Positions 49,641 to 58,615 of a stretch of 64,000 bases of DNA are shown piece by piece. Origin of the DNA: Alphaproteobacteria bacterium (lineage in GTDB: Bacteria > Pseudomonadota > Alphaproteobacteria > Bin95). The notes beneath the pieces were generated by a model that saw only the letters and a list, made by a program, of their open reading frames with translations, ran no database searches and had not been told where the DNA came from. Numbering within the stretch: position 1 is the first letter of the stretch; every line of letters begins with the position of its first letter. Both the position numbers and the translations under genes were made by a program. Location: positions 308,794-372,793 of the forward strand of contig CAXXWS020000004.1 of NCBI GenBank assembly GCA_963665325.3, given 5' to 3'.

Positions 49641-50714
49641 TCAGAAGCCGATCGTGATGCCGGTCACGAAGCCGTTGCCCTCGACGCTGCTGCCGGCAAT
49701 GTTCTCGTCGTCATCGCCTTGCACGGCAGTCATGCCGCGGTCCCTTTCGGCGGCGAAGAGCGAGCTTCTCCAGGCAACACCCGGCGCCAGCGTGTAACCG
49801 ACGGAAAGCAACGTCCCCGACTGCTCGTCGCCATCGTCGGCATCGGCCACGGTGTGGCTGAGGCTGATCGACATCGGGCCATCCGTGTACATCGCACCGG
49901 CGGTCATCACGTCGGTGTCCTTTCCGGTGTCCGCATCCATGCCGTCGTCTTCCACCGCATAGGCGACATCGAAGCTGAACGCGCCCGTGCCGACATTGAG
50001 GCCGAAGTTGGAATAGGTGTAGTCGGTGGCTCTCTCGTAGTGGCCGAGCGAGACCGCGACATTGGCGCCGCCGAAATCGCCCTTGTAGTTGCCGCCGACC
50101 GACCAGGCGTCGTTGTCATTGTCCGTCAGGGGAGCGGTCTGGGCTTCCTGCCCGATGTTCGGAATGTAGGTCACGCCGAATTGCACGCCGCTCACGCGCG
50201 GCGAGAAGTAGGTGACGTTGTTCTTGTCCCCGAGGCCGTGGCCGGCAGTGCCCATGCCGCCCGGTCCGCACCCCTTGATGCCGTTGATCCAAGACGCGAA
50301 ATCGCCGCAGACCATGCCGAAACCCGCATCGCGCACGCCGTGATGGGTCAGCACCGAAGCGCCGTCCTCCGCGCCGAGCGTGATCTGGCCGAACTCGCCG
50401 CCCACCGTGAGCTGCGACTCGTCAACCGGGCTGCTATGGGTATTGCCTTCGATCTCGACCTTGACCGAGAAGGTCAGGCCGTTGTCGGATTCCAGCTTGC
50501 CCCTGAAATGGATTTCGCTGTCGGACTGCTGGGCGACGCCGCCCTCGGTGGCCGGGTTCGCCGTATCCTCGACGCTGGATACACCGAACCATTGCTGCAT
50601 ATAGCCGCCGACGCCAACGCTCAGCATGTCGGCCGCCGAGGCCGGCCCGGCCGCCAGCGCGCCGGCAAAGGCCAGCGCAGAGGTCGCAAGCAGGGTTTTT
50701 CTCATAATCCCCAT
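49641..50714 (-). CDS. Porin, copy B (with native AGGAG RBS)
   Basis: Identical to copy A; upstream GTAGGAGAATGGGGATTATG. Confidence 0.88.
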   Translation of the reverse strand: MGIMRKTLLATSALAFAGALAAGPASAADMLSVGVGGYMQQWFGVSSVEDTANPATEGGVAQQSDSEIHFRGKLESDNGLTFSVKVEIEGNTHSSPVDESQLTVGGEFGQITLGAEDGASVLTHHGVRDAGFGMVCGDFASWINGIKGCGPGGMGTAGHGLGDKNNVTYFSPRVSGVQFGVTYIPNIGQEAQTAPLTDNDNDAWSVGGNYKGDFGGANVAVSLGHYERATDYTYSNFGLNVGTGAFSFDVAYAVEDDGMDADTGKDTDVMTAGAMYTDGPMSISLSHTVADADDGDEQSGTLLSVGYTLAPGVAWRSSLFAAERDRGMTAVQGDDDENIAGSSVEGNGFVTGITIGF

Positions 50715-51023
50715 TCTCCTACTGTTTGAGCGCGCTAACATCGGCACGCACACACTCTCAAGCGGAGCGCATGGCAGTTATAGCCGATTCGGTCCGAGAC
50801 AGGCAACGGCATACAGGCCGGCAAGCCGGCAAACCTACCGTAAATCCCCCGCCATGGCAGACTTGCCACAGATTCCGGGGGGAGAGCGGGAAAGAGGACA
50901 AATTCTTGAGAATTTTTGTGGTTTGCGCTGGAAAAATTCTTGTGGTGTGTTCGGCGCAGAGGTTGTCGCCGCCGTGCCGAGGCTGGAGGCAGCCGGGCAG
51001 GCCGACCTGAAAGGACCCCCTCC

Positions 51024-51503
51024 ATGCCTTATATGAACATGAAATTCCTCCGCTCGTTCCTGGCGTTTGTGGACTATCGGAACGCTACCCAGGCCGCCGC
51101 TAGCCTGAACATCGCTCGCCACAACATCGGGTCCCATGTCGGCTTTGTCGAAAAGCTGGTGGGCAAGCAGCTGCTCGAAGCGCGCGCATCTCGCCCGGTT
51201 CCGGCCGGCGAGGCCGTGCGAACGCAGCTGACTGAAGCCGGGGTTGCATTCTATTCGAAGGCGCTCACGGCGATGCAGGCGCACGATGCTATGTTCGGTG
51301 CCGCCGAGCGGATTCCGGCGGACTCGCACATCATCCGCCTGACCGCAGTGGCCGGGCTGCTCGAACTGGCGCTCGATACGGCGCGGAACAACCTTTCGGA
51401 CACGGACCAGAAGCTGCTCAACGCGCTCCTGTTCGAATCCGAACTGGAAACCACCGGCGTTCCGACGGGCCGGTTGCACAGGAGCGACGGAACGCCCGGC
51501 TGA
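51024..51503 (+). CDS. Short LysR-type HTH regulator lacking a full substrate-binding domain
   Basis: NMKFLRSFLAFVDYRNATQAAASLNI...VEKLVGKQLL...QLTEAG; divergent from the porin operon. Confidence 0.75.
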   Translation: MPYMNMKFLRSFLAFVDYRNATQAAASLNIARHNIGSHVGFVEKLVGKQLLEARASRPVPAGEAVRTQLTEAGVAFYSKALTAMQAHDAMFGAAERIPADSHIIRLTAVAGLLELALDTARNNLSDTDQKLLNALLFESELETTGVPTGRLHRSDGTPG

Positions 51504-52242
51504 AGCATTGCGGTGGGGCATGACCGTCAGCAGTCGGGTCCGGACCGTACTCGCGCGCAGCCCTTCCCGGTTTTCCGTCCCAACATAATGACCGTTTCGG
51601 CCTTTCCGGGTCGTCGCGACAGCGGCGACCGCGATAACCGCCGTCCCGGCAATGCGCCAGACGAGGCGGGTTCCCGGGACGGCGAGGTCAGCCTTCGTCG
51701 CCATCGCGGCGCGGGCGGCCCCGGCTTCTTCAAGGTCTGCAACCCGCAGACCGGGCCCGGCGGCCGGGCCGCTGTCGGGACCTCCCCGCCCGCGTTCCTC
51801 GGCATGCGGCGACACTTGCCGATTGTTGCCTTCGTCGTCCGGGCGCAGGGGAAATCCGCGAGCACCCGTTCAAGCGCCTGTTCGTCGGTCAGGCCCTCGC
51901 GGACGGCGGTGCCACCCGGCGCGTATCCTCTCCGCAACCAAGATGCGAGGCCGGAAACCCGGCAAACGCCCGAGAAAACGCCGCCTCGTCCGCGATGTCC
52001 CCGACACGCGACCGGCCGCATGCTGTTGAAGCCGGACCTGGCGCCCGAAAGATCAAACCGCCGTCCGCGGGCACCGGATACGACCTGTCGTCGCCGACGA
52101 ACCCGCATTGTCCTCGCCCAGACCGGGAACGGGGGTTCGGAAAGAGCACATGCGTCGAGTCCGGGGGCGGTGGCACTGCCCCGATATCGTTGAACGCGGC
52201 AACGGCAACCCTCCGGCAGCGCCCCGGGCTCTCCCGGGGTTT

Positions 52243-52331
52243 CGAACTGTCCCCGTATGCGGGGAAACGCCTCGCGATTAGCAATGCCAACTCACTGATC
52301 CATGGGTCTATCCCCGATCAGCGGGGAATGT
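52243..52331 (-). CRISPR. Type I-E mini-array: two degenerate repeats, one spacer
   Basis: Minus strand ACATTCCCCGCTGATCGGGGATAGACCC, spacer ATGGATCAGTGAGTTGGCATTGCTAATCGCGAGG, CGTTTCCCCGCATACGGGGACAGTTCG; resembles GTGTTCCCCGCGCCAGCGGGGATAAACCG; ~61-nt period; ~150 bp after cas6e. Confidence 0.8.
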
Positions 52332-52479
52332 CATTCATGCCGGAAGCCCGGCGGCCCTTCCGCAGTCGAATTCGATGTCCCGGTCTCACCGCCCGGACAC
52401 CGGTTCGCCTTCACTCCATTCCGCTCCCTTCAACATCGGGCAGCCTGACGACGAATACGACGATCGCAAAACGTCTTCG

Positions 52480-53274
52480 TCAAGACTGCGACAATATCCG
52501 ACCCGGAGGCCGCAGCAGCAGCATACCGTACCCGTAGGCGCAATGCCGACCGATACCCCGTTCCAGCAACTCGCCGAACCCGGACCCATCCGAAATCGTG
52601 ATCGCTCCCTGAATCGTGGTGTCCGGTCCTTCCACGCCCCCATTCCGAGCGGCCCGATCACGCCGGAAACCCGCCAAACGGCTGGATGCACGGTCCAATG
52701 TCACCCACGGCGTCAGCCGTTCCGACAGCCAATCGAGATAAACCGCTTCGCGCGTTCGTCCTGCCTTTTTCATGCCGTCCGGGTCCGCTCCGAATTCCGT
52801 CAATACCTCCAGCATGAACGCGTCCAGTTCAGCGCCTGCCTTGTATGTCCTGCCGTTCGCGGTCTCGAGGTCCCCGGTCAGCCTGCGGACCGGTCTTGCA
52901 CGCAGGTCGAATCCCAGTTTCTGGCCGACCCGCCATTCCCCGGGCATCGTCTTGCTCTGCATTGCTTCGGTCCGCAGCACGGCAAGATGATCTGGCAAGG
53001 CGTAGCAGCGCGCCCGTCCGGCAAGCTCCTCGGCATTGCATCTCGAGTAGGCGTACAGATAACCCGTTGCCCGCCGGGGTGGAACGAGCAGGCGGAACGG
53101 GCGCAATAATCCCGGGCCCAGGGCTTCATCCAACAGGTGGTGCAGCGCCCGGCCTTCATCGAAATCGAAGAGCCTTCCACGGTGCCTGACCCATCCGCGT
53201 TCGTCCGCCCATAACCCGAGGGCTTTCGTCTCCATGGGAACCCGGACGAGGTAGAGTGGACCCCGTTCCGTCAT
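52480..53274 (-). CDS. cas6e: Type I-E Cas6e (CasE/Cse3)
   Basis: LGFDLRARPV, VYLDWLSERL, G-loop GIGRHCAYGYGMLLL. Confidence 0.93.
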   Translation of the reverse strand: MTERGPLYLVRVPMETKALGLWADERGWVRHRGRLFDFDEGRALHHLLDEALGPGLLRPFRLLVPPRRATGYLYAYSRCNAEELAGRARCYALPDHLAVLRTEAMQSKTMPGEWRVGQKLGFDLRARPVRRLTGDLETANGRTYKAGAELDAFMLEVLTEFGADPDGMKKAGRTREAVYLDWLSERLTPWVTLDRASSRLAGFRRDRAARNGGVEGPDTTIQGAITISDGSGFGELLERGIGRHCAYGYGMLLLRPPGRILSQS

Positions 53275-53993
53275 GGGGCCTCCCTTGCCGGGAGGGTGCC
53301 TTCGACCACTCTGCGCGAGCCGCCGTGCAGTCCACGGAGCCAATTTCGCCGGTCCTGCAGGTCCCGTACCCTGCCGGCGCTGTCGAGTTTATCCTCCGGT
53401 CCTTCCCCGGCCGGCCAGAGTGCACGGCATCCCCGCCCGATGCTGGGCAGTGCGCAAAGCGCCCCGTAGACGTTCCCGGCCACCACCCAGCGCGCCGCGC
53501 CGGGATCCAGCAGGGGCGTCGAAGGCAGGCACGGCTTTCGCCCGAGGAACAATGGCCGAGCCGGGTGATCAAGCGCCCGGGCAATCTCCTCGATTTGCGG
53601 AGGGTCTTCGGCCGGATCCAGACGCAGTACTAGCGTCACTGCCGCGTCTGCTTCGTAATCGCGCCGCCTGCGGTGCGGGGCCGCGTAGCTTGACCCGGTC
53701 CGACCTTCGGGCGAGCCACATGTGGTCCATCCCCAATCCGTCCGGTCGAGCAGCACATTCTGCACATCGGTCAGCCTGGTTCCCTCGCGGTCGCGGCGGG
53801 CACCGAACACAAGTCGGTCTTGGAGGGACTGGAGCGAGTTACGGTCCCGGTAGTCCCAGCCCAGGGCATTGCCGATCAGTCCCGCCAGCATTGAAGATCC
53901 GGGAAAGTCCCGTACCGGTCCCCAATGGTCGACCGCGACATCTCCGAAGGCCATCAGCGGGGCCTGCAGCCTCAGGACCAGCCAACGTCTCAC
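53271..53993 (-). CDS. cas5e: Type I-E Cas5 (CasD)
   Basis: LRLQAPLMAFG, FPGSSMLAGLIGNALG, RDYEADA, PLFLGRKPCLPS. Confidence 0.95.
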   Translation of the reverse strand: MRRWLVLRLQAPLMAFGDVAVDHWGPVRDFPGSSMLAGLIGNALGWDYRDRNSLQSLQDRLVFGARRDREGTRLTDVQNVLLDRTDWGWTTCGSPEGRTGSSYAAPHRRRRDYEADAAVTLVLRLDPAEDPPQIEEIARALDHPARPLFLGRKPCLPSTPLLDPGAARWVVAGNVYGALCALPSIGRGCRALWPAGEGPEDKLDSAGRVRDLQDRRNWLRGLHGGSRRVVEGTLPAREAP

Positions 53994-55141
53994 GGCATGT
54001 CCCTTGCGACAACACCCGCAGCCCACTCGGCGATATCCGCCAGCGATCCGCGTTCGGAGCCCGGGATCGCCTCGTCTGCAAGCGACATGAACCGCCGTTC
54101 CTCTCCGGTCGCATAGACATCGTCCAGAGCCCGCAGGTGCGAAGCCAGTGCGGCGACGGCCCGTTCGACATTCGCCGGGCATGGGGTGCGCCAGGCTCCC
54201 GCCAGGCTGCGCGGTTGCCGGCGTCCGGCCTCGAGCAGCATGAAGGCGGCCCGCCCGTAGGGTGCGGTCGAACCCTGCTTGGCTCCGGGAGAAATTTCGG
54301 CGACCAGATAGACGAGATTGTGCAGCACCCGGCCCGCTAAATCGGCATCGTCTCCGAGATTCGAAACAAGTCCGTTCAGGTCAACGACGACATAGCCGTA
54401 GAATAGGCCGGAAGTCAGTTCGGTTTCGTGCATGAGATCGGTCGACGGCTCGTCTGCCGCCAAATCGTCGACTGCCGTCAGGAAGTCGTACTCCGCTTCT
54501 TCCGCATGTACCGTGAAAGCGTGGGCGACATGCACCGGGGCAGTGATATTGGCGGCCGGATCCGAAGTGACCATTCGCCCGAACAGCGCCGCCGCCAGTC
54601 CACCGGGCAGCGCCGTCGCTTCCCGCATGGCCCGGAAATTCGCATGGTAATCGTCGCGCCAGGTCTTGGCCGCCTTTGCCGCCAGTTCCGCGGCTCGCTC
54701 AACGTCTCCGTCTCCGGCATCGAGCGCGGCATTCGCGAGGCGTTCGGTTTCGCTCCTGAGCCAGTCGATCTCCGGAGCGCCCAGCAGCAGGGTCTGGCGG
54801 GACTTCTTCTCGACTCCCCGCGGCCCGTAAACGGCCGCCTGCACTTCCGGTTCCAGGGCTTCGACGATTTCATCGGGAAATTGTTCGCGAAGCGGTTTCA
54901 TGACCTTGGTTGTCACCAGCTCGCGGGACCTGAAATCCTCCGTCACGCCCGCGATGCCATACAGGGAATGCACGTCTTCGGCATGCCGCCAGTGCCGCTT
55001 GAGGCATTGCGACGACACCCTGGTGCGCAGCACGCCGCCAAAGGGAAGCCGTTTCGCCAGTCCGCTGTCGTCCCGGTTCAGCAAGGCGGCGGTATAGGCG
55101 CTCAGAGTATGGATCTGGAGAAAACGCGGTTGCGCTGTCAT
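53990..55141 (-). CDS. cas7e: Type I-E Cas7 (CasC/Cse4)
   Basis: LNRDDSGLAK, RVSSQCLKRHWR, ALFGRM, VAHAFT, TAVDDL. Confidence 0.96.
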   Translation of the reverse strand: MTAQPRFLQIHTLSAYTAALLNRDDSGLAKRLPFGGVLRTRVSSQCLKRHWRHAEDVHSLYGIAGVTEDFRSRELVTTKVMKPLREQFPDEIVEALEPEVQAAVYGPRGVEKKSRQTLLLGAPEIDWLRSETERLANAALDAGDGDVERAAELAAKAAKTWRDDYHANFRAMREATALPGGLAAALFGRMVTSDPAANITAPVHVAHAFTVHAEEAEYDFLTAVDDLAADEPSTDLMHETELTSGLFYGYVVVDLNGLVSNLGDDADLAGRVLHNLVYLVAEISPGAKQGSTAPYGRAAFMLLEAGRRQPRSLAGAWRTPCPANVERAVAALASHLRALDDVYATGEERRFMSLADEAIPGSERGSLADIAEWAAGVVARDMP

Positions 55142-55720
55142 TCAGGCCGAGCCCTCTTCGTTCGCTGTTTCCGTCTTCCATTCGGCCCGGTCCAGGCGCC
55201 GGTAGTAGGCCCGGGCCAGAAACGGACCGTACCTCTCGGGCAGCAGCAGGGCATAGGCAATGTCCGGGACGTTCACGCCGCTTCCGGGAACGATCGTTCT
55301 CGACAGAGAGCGGGCTGCGCGCTGGAAAAGAGCCGCGCGCTGCGCCCCGTGCGTTCTCATGAGCAGCGCCAGCCTTCGTTCGCTCAGCGCCGGGTAGGGA
55401 CGCTCGGCATTCCCTGGCCATCCCGGGTCGCCTCCGTCGCACAACACCGCACCGAGACGCCGCGCCCCATTGTGCAGTTGAATCCCTTCGCGCGGCGTCA
55501 GAATGGCAAGTGTGCGGACGATCGCCATCCACTCTCTTTCGCGGTCGGACCGCCCGATCGTTCGGGGGTGTCTCGATGCGAGCCTCCAGAAAACGGGAGC
55601 GCCGACACCGCCGCTCATTCGCCCGAGTTCGGCCAGCGGACCGGGTCCGAGTTGCCGGAGCGTCGCCGCCGCCGAAAGGGCGGCCTTGCCGATGTCGTTA
55701 TTTCCGACGTCGTTACACAC
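55142..55720 (-). CDS. cse2: Type I-E Cas11 (CasB/Cse2)
   Basis: GPLAELGRM, LSERRLALLM, LARAYY; between cas8e and cas7. Confidence 0.85.
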   Translation of the reverse strand: MCNDVGNNDIGKAALSAAATLRQLGPGPLAELGRMSGGVGAPVFWRLASRHPRTIGRSDREREWMAIVRTLAILTPREGIQLHNGARRLGAVLCDGGDPGWPGNAERPYPALSERRLALLMRTHGAQRAALFQRAARSLSRTIVPGSGVNVPDIAYALLLPERYGPFLARAYYRRLDRAEWKTETANEEGSA

Positions 55721-57230
55721 GAGCCGATTTCATCGCATGTTCGAACAGTTCGGGAAATTCCCGTCGAACCATGTTGGCAAGCGCCCGATCCGCACGCGCA
55801 TGCGCCGCGGCCCGCTTCAGCGCCGGGCATCTCATACCGGGCAGCGCCATTGCGAACTCCCGCTGCGTGACTCTCCAGAGAGTTTCTAGAAACTCGAACC
55901 TTGCGTCAGCATCTCCGAAACGGCGCAGGAGGTAGGGGAAGAACATCCGGTCCGCTGCGTAGTGCAGCCTGCCTTCCGCTTCCCGGGCCCGGGCAAAGTG
56001 TTTCGCGCCGACCGCTTCCGGATTTCCCCCGGCGGCCGCCAGGGCGAGCGAGTATCCCAGCGCCCGCTGGAATTTATCGATTTCCTCCATTTGGGCTCGC
56101 GCCTCTCCCGCCGCATCGGACGATGGCGGGAGCGTCTTCCCCGCCGGCATCGCCACGATACGCGACTTGAACCCCTCCGTCTTGCCGGGGCCCCGCGACA
56201 GGGCTTCAGCGATGAGCACCATGTCACGGCCCTGCTCCACTTCCCCCCGCTGCGCCAGGACCGGAAGGGTCCAGTCGCCCGAAAAGAGAAGCTCACACAG
56301 CTTCGAATAGTCGAGCCGCGCTTCCCCCACCGTCAGGCTCTTCCGTTCCTTCCTGTGAACCGGCGCCCAGGGATCGCCTACGTCTCCCCTCCAACGCCTG
56401 GCGTCGATCCGCGCAGCACGGGATGTCGACCCGAACGCGAGGAACCTGCCGCCCTTCTCGACGAGGCGTACGCGGCGGCAGACTTCGATGAACCAGGGAT
56501 CCAGGCTTGCAAGGTCGAGCTGCTGTCCTTCGGGCCAGTCCAGACACCAGAGCGCTGCTGGGCCGCCGACCGTTCCGCGCGAAGCGCCTTCCCCTGCCGC
56601 GCGCTGCTCCAGGAGGCGCCCGACGTCGCGCGCCCACCACGCTGACGGATCCAGCGACAGGTCTACTCCTCCCCTCGCCGGCGCCAGTCCGACAAGGGGA
56701 CGGCTCGCATACCCCCCGTTCATGCGGGCGATCCCGTTCTTGCCGTTGCCGCTATATCCGCTCATCGTTTGCAGGCACACCAGCGCCAGAATCCAGTCTT
56801 CCGCCGTGGCCCGCCGGTTGACCGCCCGTTTCACGTCATGGTTGCGCGCCGTAATGAGGACGTCCAACGCGTCCGGCGTCTCGATCGCTCTCCACCTCAG
56901 TCCGCCGGGGTCCGGAGGCTGCAGGAAGGCTGGAAGGTCGGGCTCCCGGGCGACGAGTCGCCAAGGCGCGTCGCCGGGATAACTTGGGACAAGTCCGCGC
57001 AACATTCCGGCCCATACACCCGGCTGCTGCGGCAGTTGCCTCCGCCCCGCCTGCCAGAGAGCAAAAGCGGCGAGCTGGACCAAGAACATGTGCCAGGGCG
57101 CCCGCTGATGCGCGCGCAGCGACGGAAATTCAGTCACCTCCCCACGTGTCATTGCCGCAAACAGTTCCGGTAGGGAAACCCTTCGATCGGGCCGAACGGC
57201 AATTGCCCCGTCGGTTATGAGATTGACCAT
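55713..57230 (-). CDS. cse1: Type I-E Cas8e (CasA/Cse1)
   Basis: MVNLITD, LRAHQRAPWHMFLVQLA, AFLQP, FIEVCRRVRL, GDPW. Confidence 0.9.
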   Translation of the reverse strand: MVNLITDGAIAVRPDRRVSLPELFAAMTRGEVTEFPSLRAHQRAPWHMFLVQLAAFALWQAGRRQLPQQPGVWAGMLRGLVPSYPGDAPWRLVAREPDLPAFLQPPDPGGLRWRAIETPDALDVLITARNHDVKRAVNRRATAEDWILALVCLQTMSGYSGNGKNGIARMNGGYASRPLVGLAPARGGVDLSLDPSAWWARDVGRLLEQRAAGEGASRGTVGGPAALWCLDWPEGQQLDLASLDPWFIEVCRRVRLVEKGGRFLAFGSTSRAARIDARRWRGDVGDPWAPVHRKERKSLTVGEARLDYSKLCELLFSGDWTLPVLAQRGEVEQGRDMVLIAEALSRGPGKTEGFKSRIVAMPAGKTLPPSSDAAGEARAQMEEIDKFQRALGYSLALAAAGGNPEAVGAKHFARAREAEGRLHYAADRMFFPYLLRRFGDADARFEFLETLWRVTQREFAMALPGMRCPALKRAAAHARADRALANMVRREFPELFEHAMKSARV

Positions 57231-57668
57231 TTGTCGCTTCCCGCACAATGTTCGTTACGTTCGCCGCCGCCGTCGAGGGCGCATTTCGGTAACCGTGAAA
57301 ATACCCTCTGCGAGTTGAGGGCCGTGCGTGCGCCGCCTCCCAAGACAAGGGAGTGGATGCCCGTCATGTCTCCAGGCTGTCTCTTTTGAGACCGCATCCA
57401 GAAGTCTGAAGGCTTCGAGCCCAGGATCATCGGGGTCGGCTTCTCGCTAGCTTGTGGCTGGCGCAAACCTGAAATACCGCAGAGCCTGCCCCCGGGGCTC
57501 GAAGCCGGCAACCCAAGAAGCTCCCGCGGTCCGTCGTAATGAGAAACCGAACGGATTCCGCCAGTGTGAGCCCTTGACCTATTCTTGCAAGCCCCAGTAG
57601 ATGGAGCGCGTTCTGGAATGCTGCGTTCCTAGCGTTTCCGCGCGCAGGTTGGAAACGAATGTAAACGA

Positions 57669-57890
57669 ATGTACACCACAACACAGATCATCCAAGGGTT
57701 CCTGGCTGGCAGCCTCACGCGAGAAGAGGCGATGCACAAGCTGCATATGTCCTCATACTCCCAACTGCTGAACGCATTGGCCGACCGCGGAGTAGAACCG
57801 CCGAAGCCGCCTCCCGAACAGGTTCGAGCGGAGCTGGAAGCGGCGAGGCCGATCCTGCGCATGATGGAGACCAATCGTCATGGCTCTTGA
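57669..57890 (+). CDS. Small putative antitoxin (UPF0175-like HTH)
   Basis: 73 aa, GSLTREEAMHKL....QLLNALADRGV; overlaps the PIN gene. Confidence 0.6.
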   Translation: MYTTTQIIQGFLAGSLTREEAMHKLHMSSYSQLLNALADRGVEPPKPPPEQVRAELEAARPILRMMETNRHGS

Positions 57891-58464
57891 ACTCGCCATT
57901 CCCGACAGCGGTCCTCTGATATCTCTGGGCCGGGTGGCTCGGCTGGACCTGCTCGATCGGTTCAACTGCCCCATCGTGATTACCGACATGGTCGCCGATG
58001 AGGTGCTACGCGGTTTACCGGGCGCGCCGGACGCCGCAGTCTTTCGTGACTGGTTCAGCGGCCGGGGCAACAGGATCCAGACGGTAGAGACAAGCATTGG
58101 GATTCTCTGGAGCGCAATACCTCCCGAGCGGCGAGATATCCTGAAGAGGATCCGGGACGCCGGTGAGACGTCGATCTGGCAATTTTCCAACACGATCAGG
58201 GAAACCATGGGTCCCGGCGATTACGGCCTCCTTCTGTTCGAGGAGAGCCGGGTAAAGACGATGGATTTCGGGCCTCGCCTTGCGAAAATCACAACTTGGT
58301 CGTTTCTGATTGGACTGGAGGAAATGGGTGCCATTCCTTCAGCTGAAGATTTCCATCGGGATATTGCGGACGCCAACCGGATAATTCCGAAGGACCCTTT
58401 CGAGTACCGAGCGGAACGTGCGGAACCAGGCACAAGTTGGACGGACATGTACGACATGACATGA
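57880..58464 (+). CDS. PIN-like domain protein (DUF3368-like)
   Basis: IPDSGPLISL...LDLL...VITDMVADEV...DAGETSI. Confidence 0.7.
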   Translation: MALELAIPDSGPLISLGRVARLDLLDRFNCPIVITDMVADEVLRGLPGAPDAAVFRDWFSGRGNRIQTVETSIGILWSAIPPERRDILKRIRDAGETSIWQFSNTIRETMGPGDYGLLLFEESRVKTMDFGPRLAKITTWSFLIGLEEMGAIPSAEDFHRDIADANRIIPKDPFEYRAERAEPGTSWTDMYDMT

Positions 58465-58615
58465 AGAACACTGGGGGAGGAAGCTTGGCAAAGACCCCTG
58501 GCGCGGTTGTGCTGACCGACAACCGGGAGGACCTTGTCGACGGCTTCACGCCTTCAGTGCGGTACCGGAGGCGCTTAGAATTTCGAGGAAAACTGAGACG
58601 GCGGGGTATCCGGGG

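Larger units (their letters stand above)
46619..50713 (-). repeat. Right arm of inverted duplication (appears identical 47520-50713)
   Basis: Mirror of 37403-41497. Confidence 0.95.

Noticed and set aside
51600-51815. DUF1640-like fragment (ATKADLAVPGTRLVWRIAG)
   Set aside because: Too short and degraded to call confidently.
52170-52200. Possible third CRISPR repeat (CACTGCCCCGATATCG)
   Set aside because: No closing CGGGG arm and out of register with the ~61-nt period.
57250-57660. Possible cas3 remnant or spacer target in the cas promoter region
   Set aside because: No helicase/HD motifs in the frames read; best seed match is only 5 nt (ATGGA at 57601).
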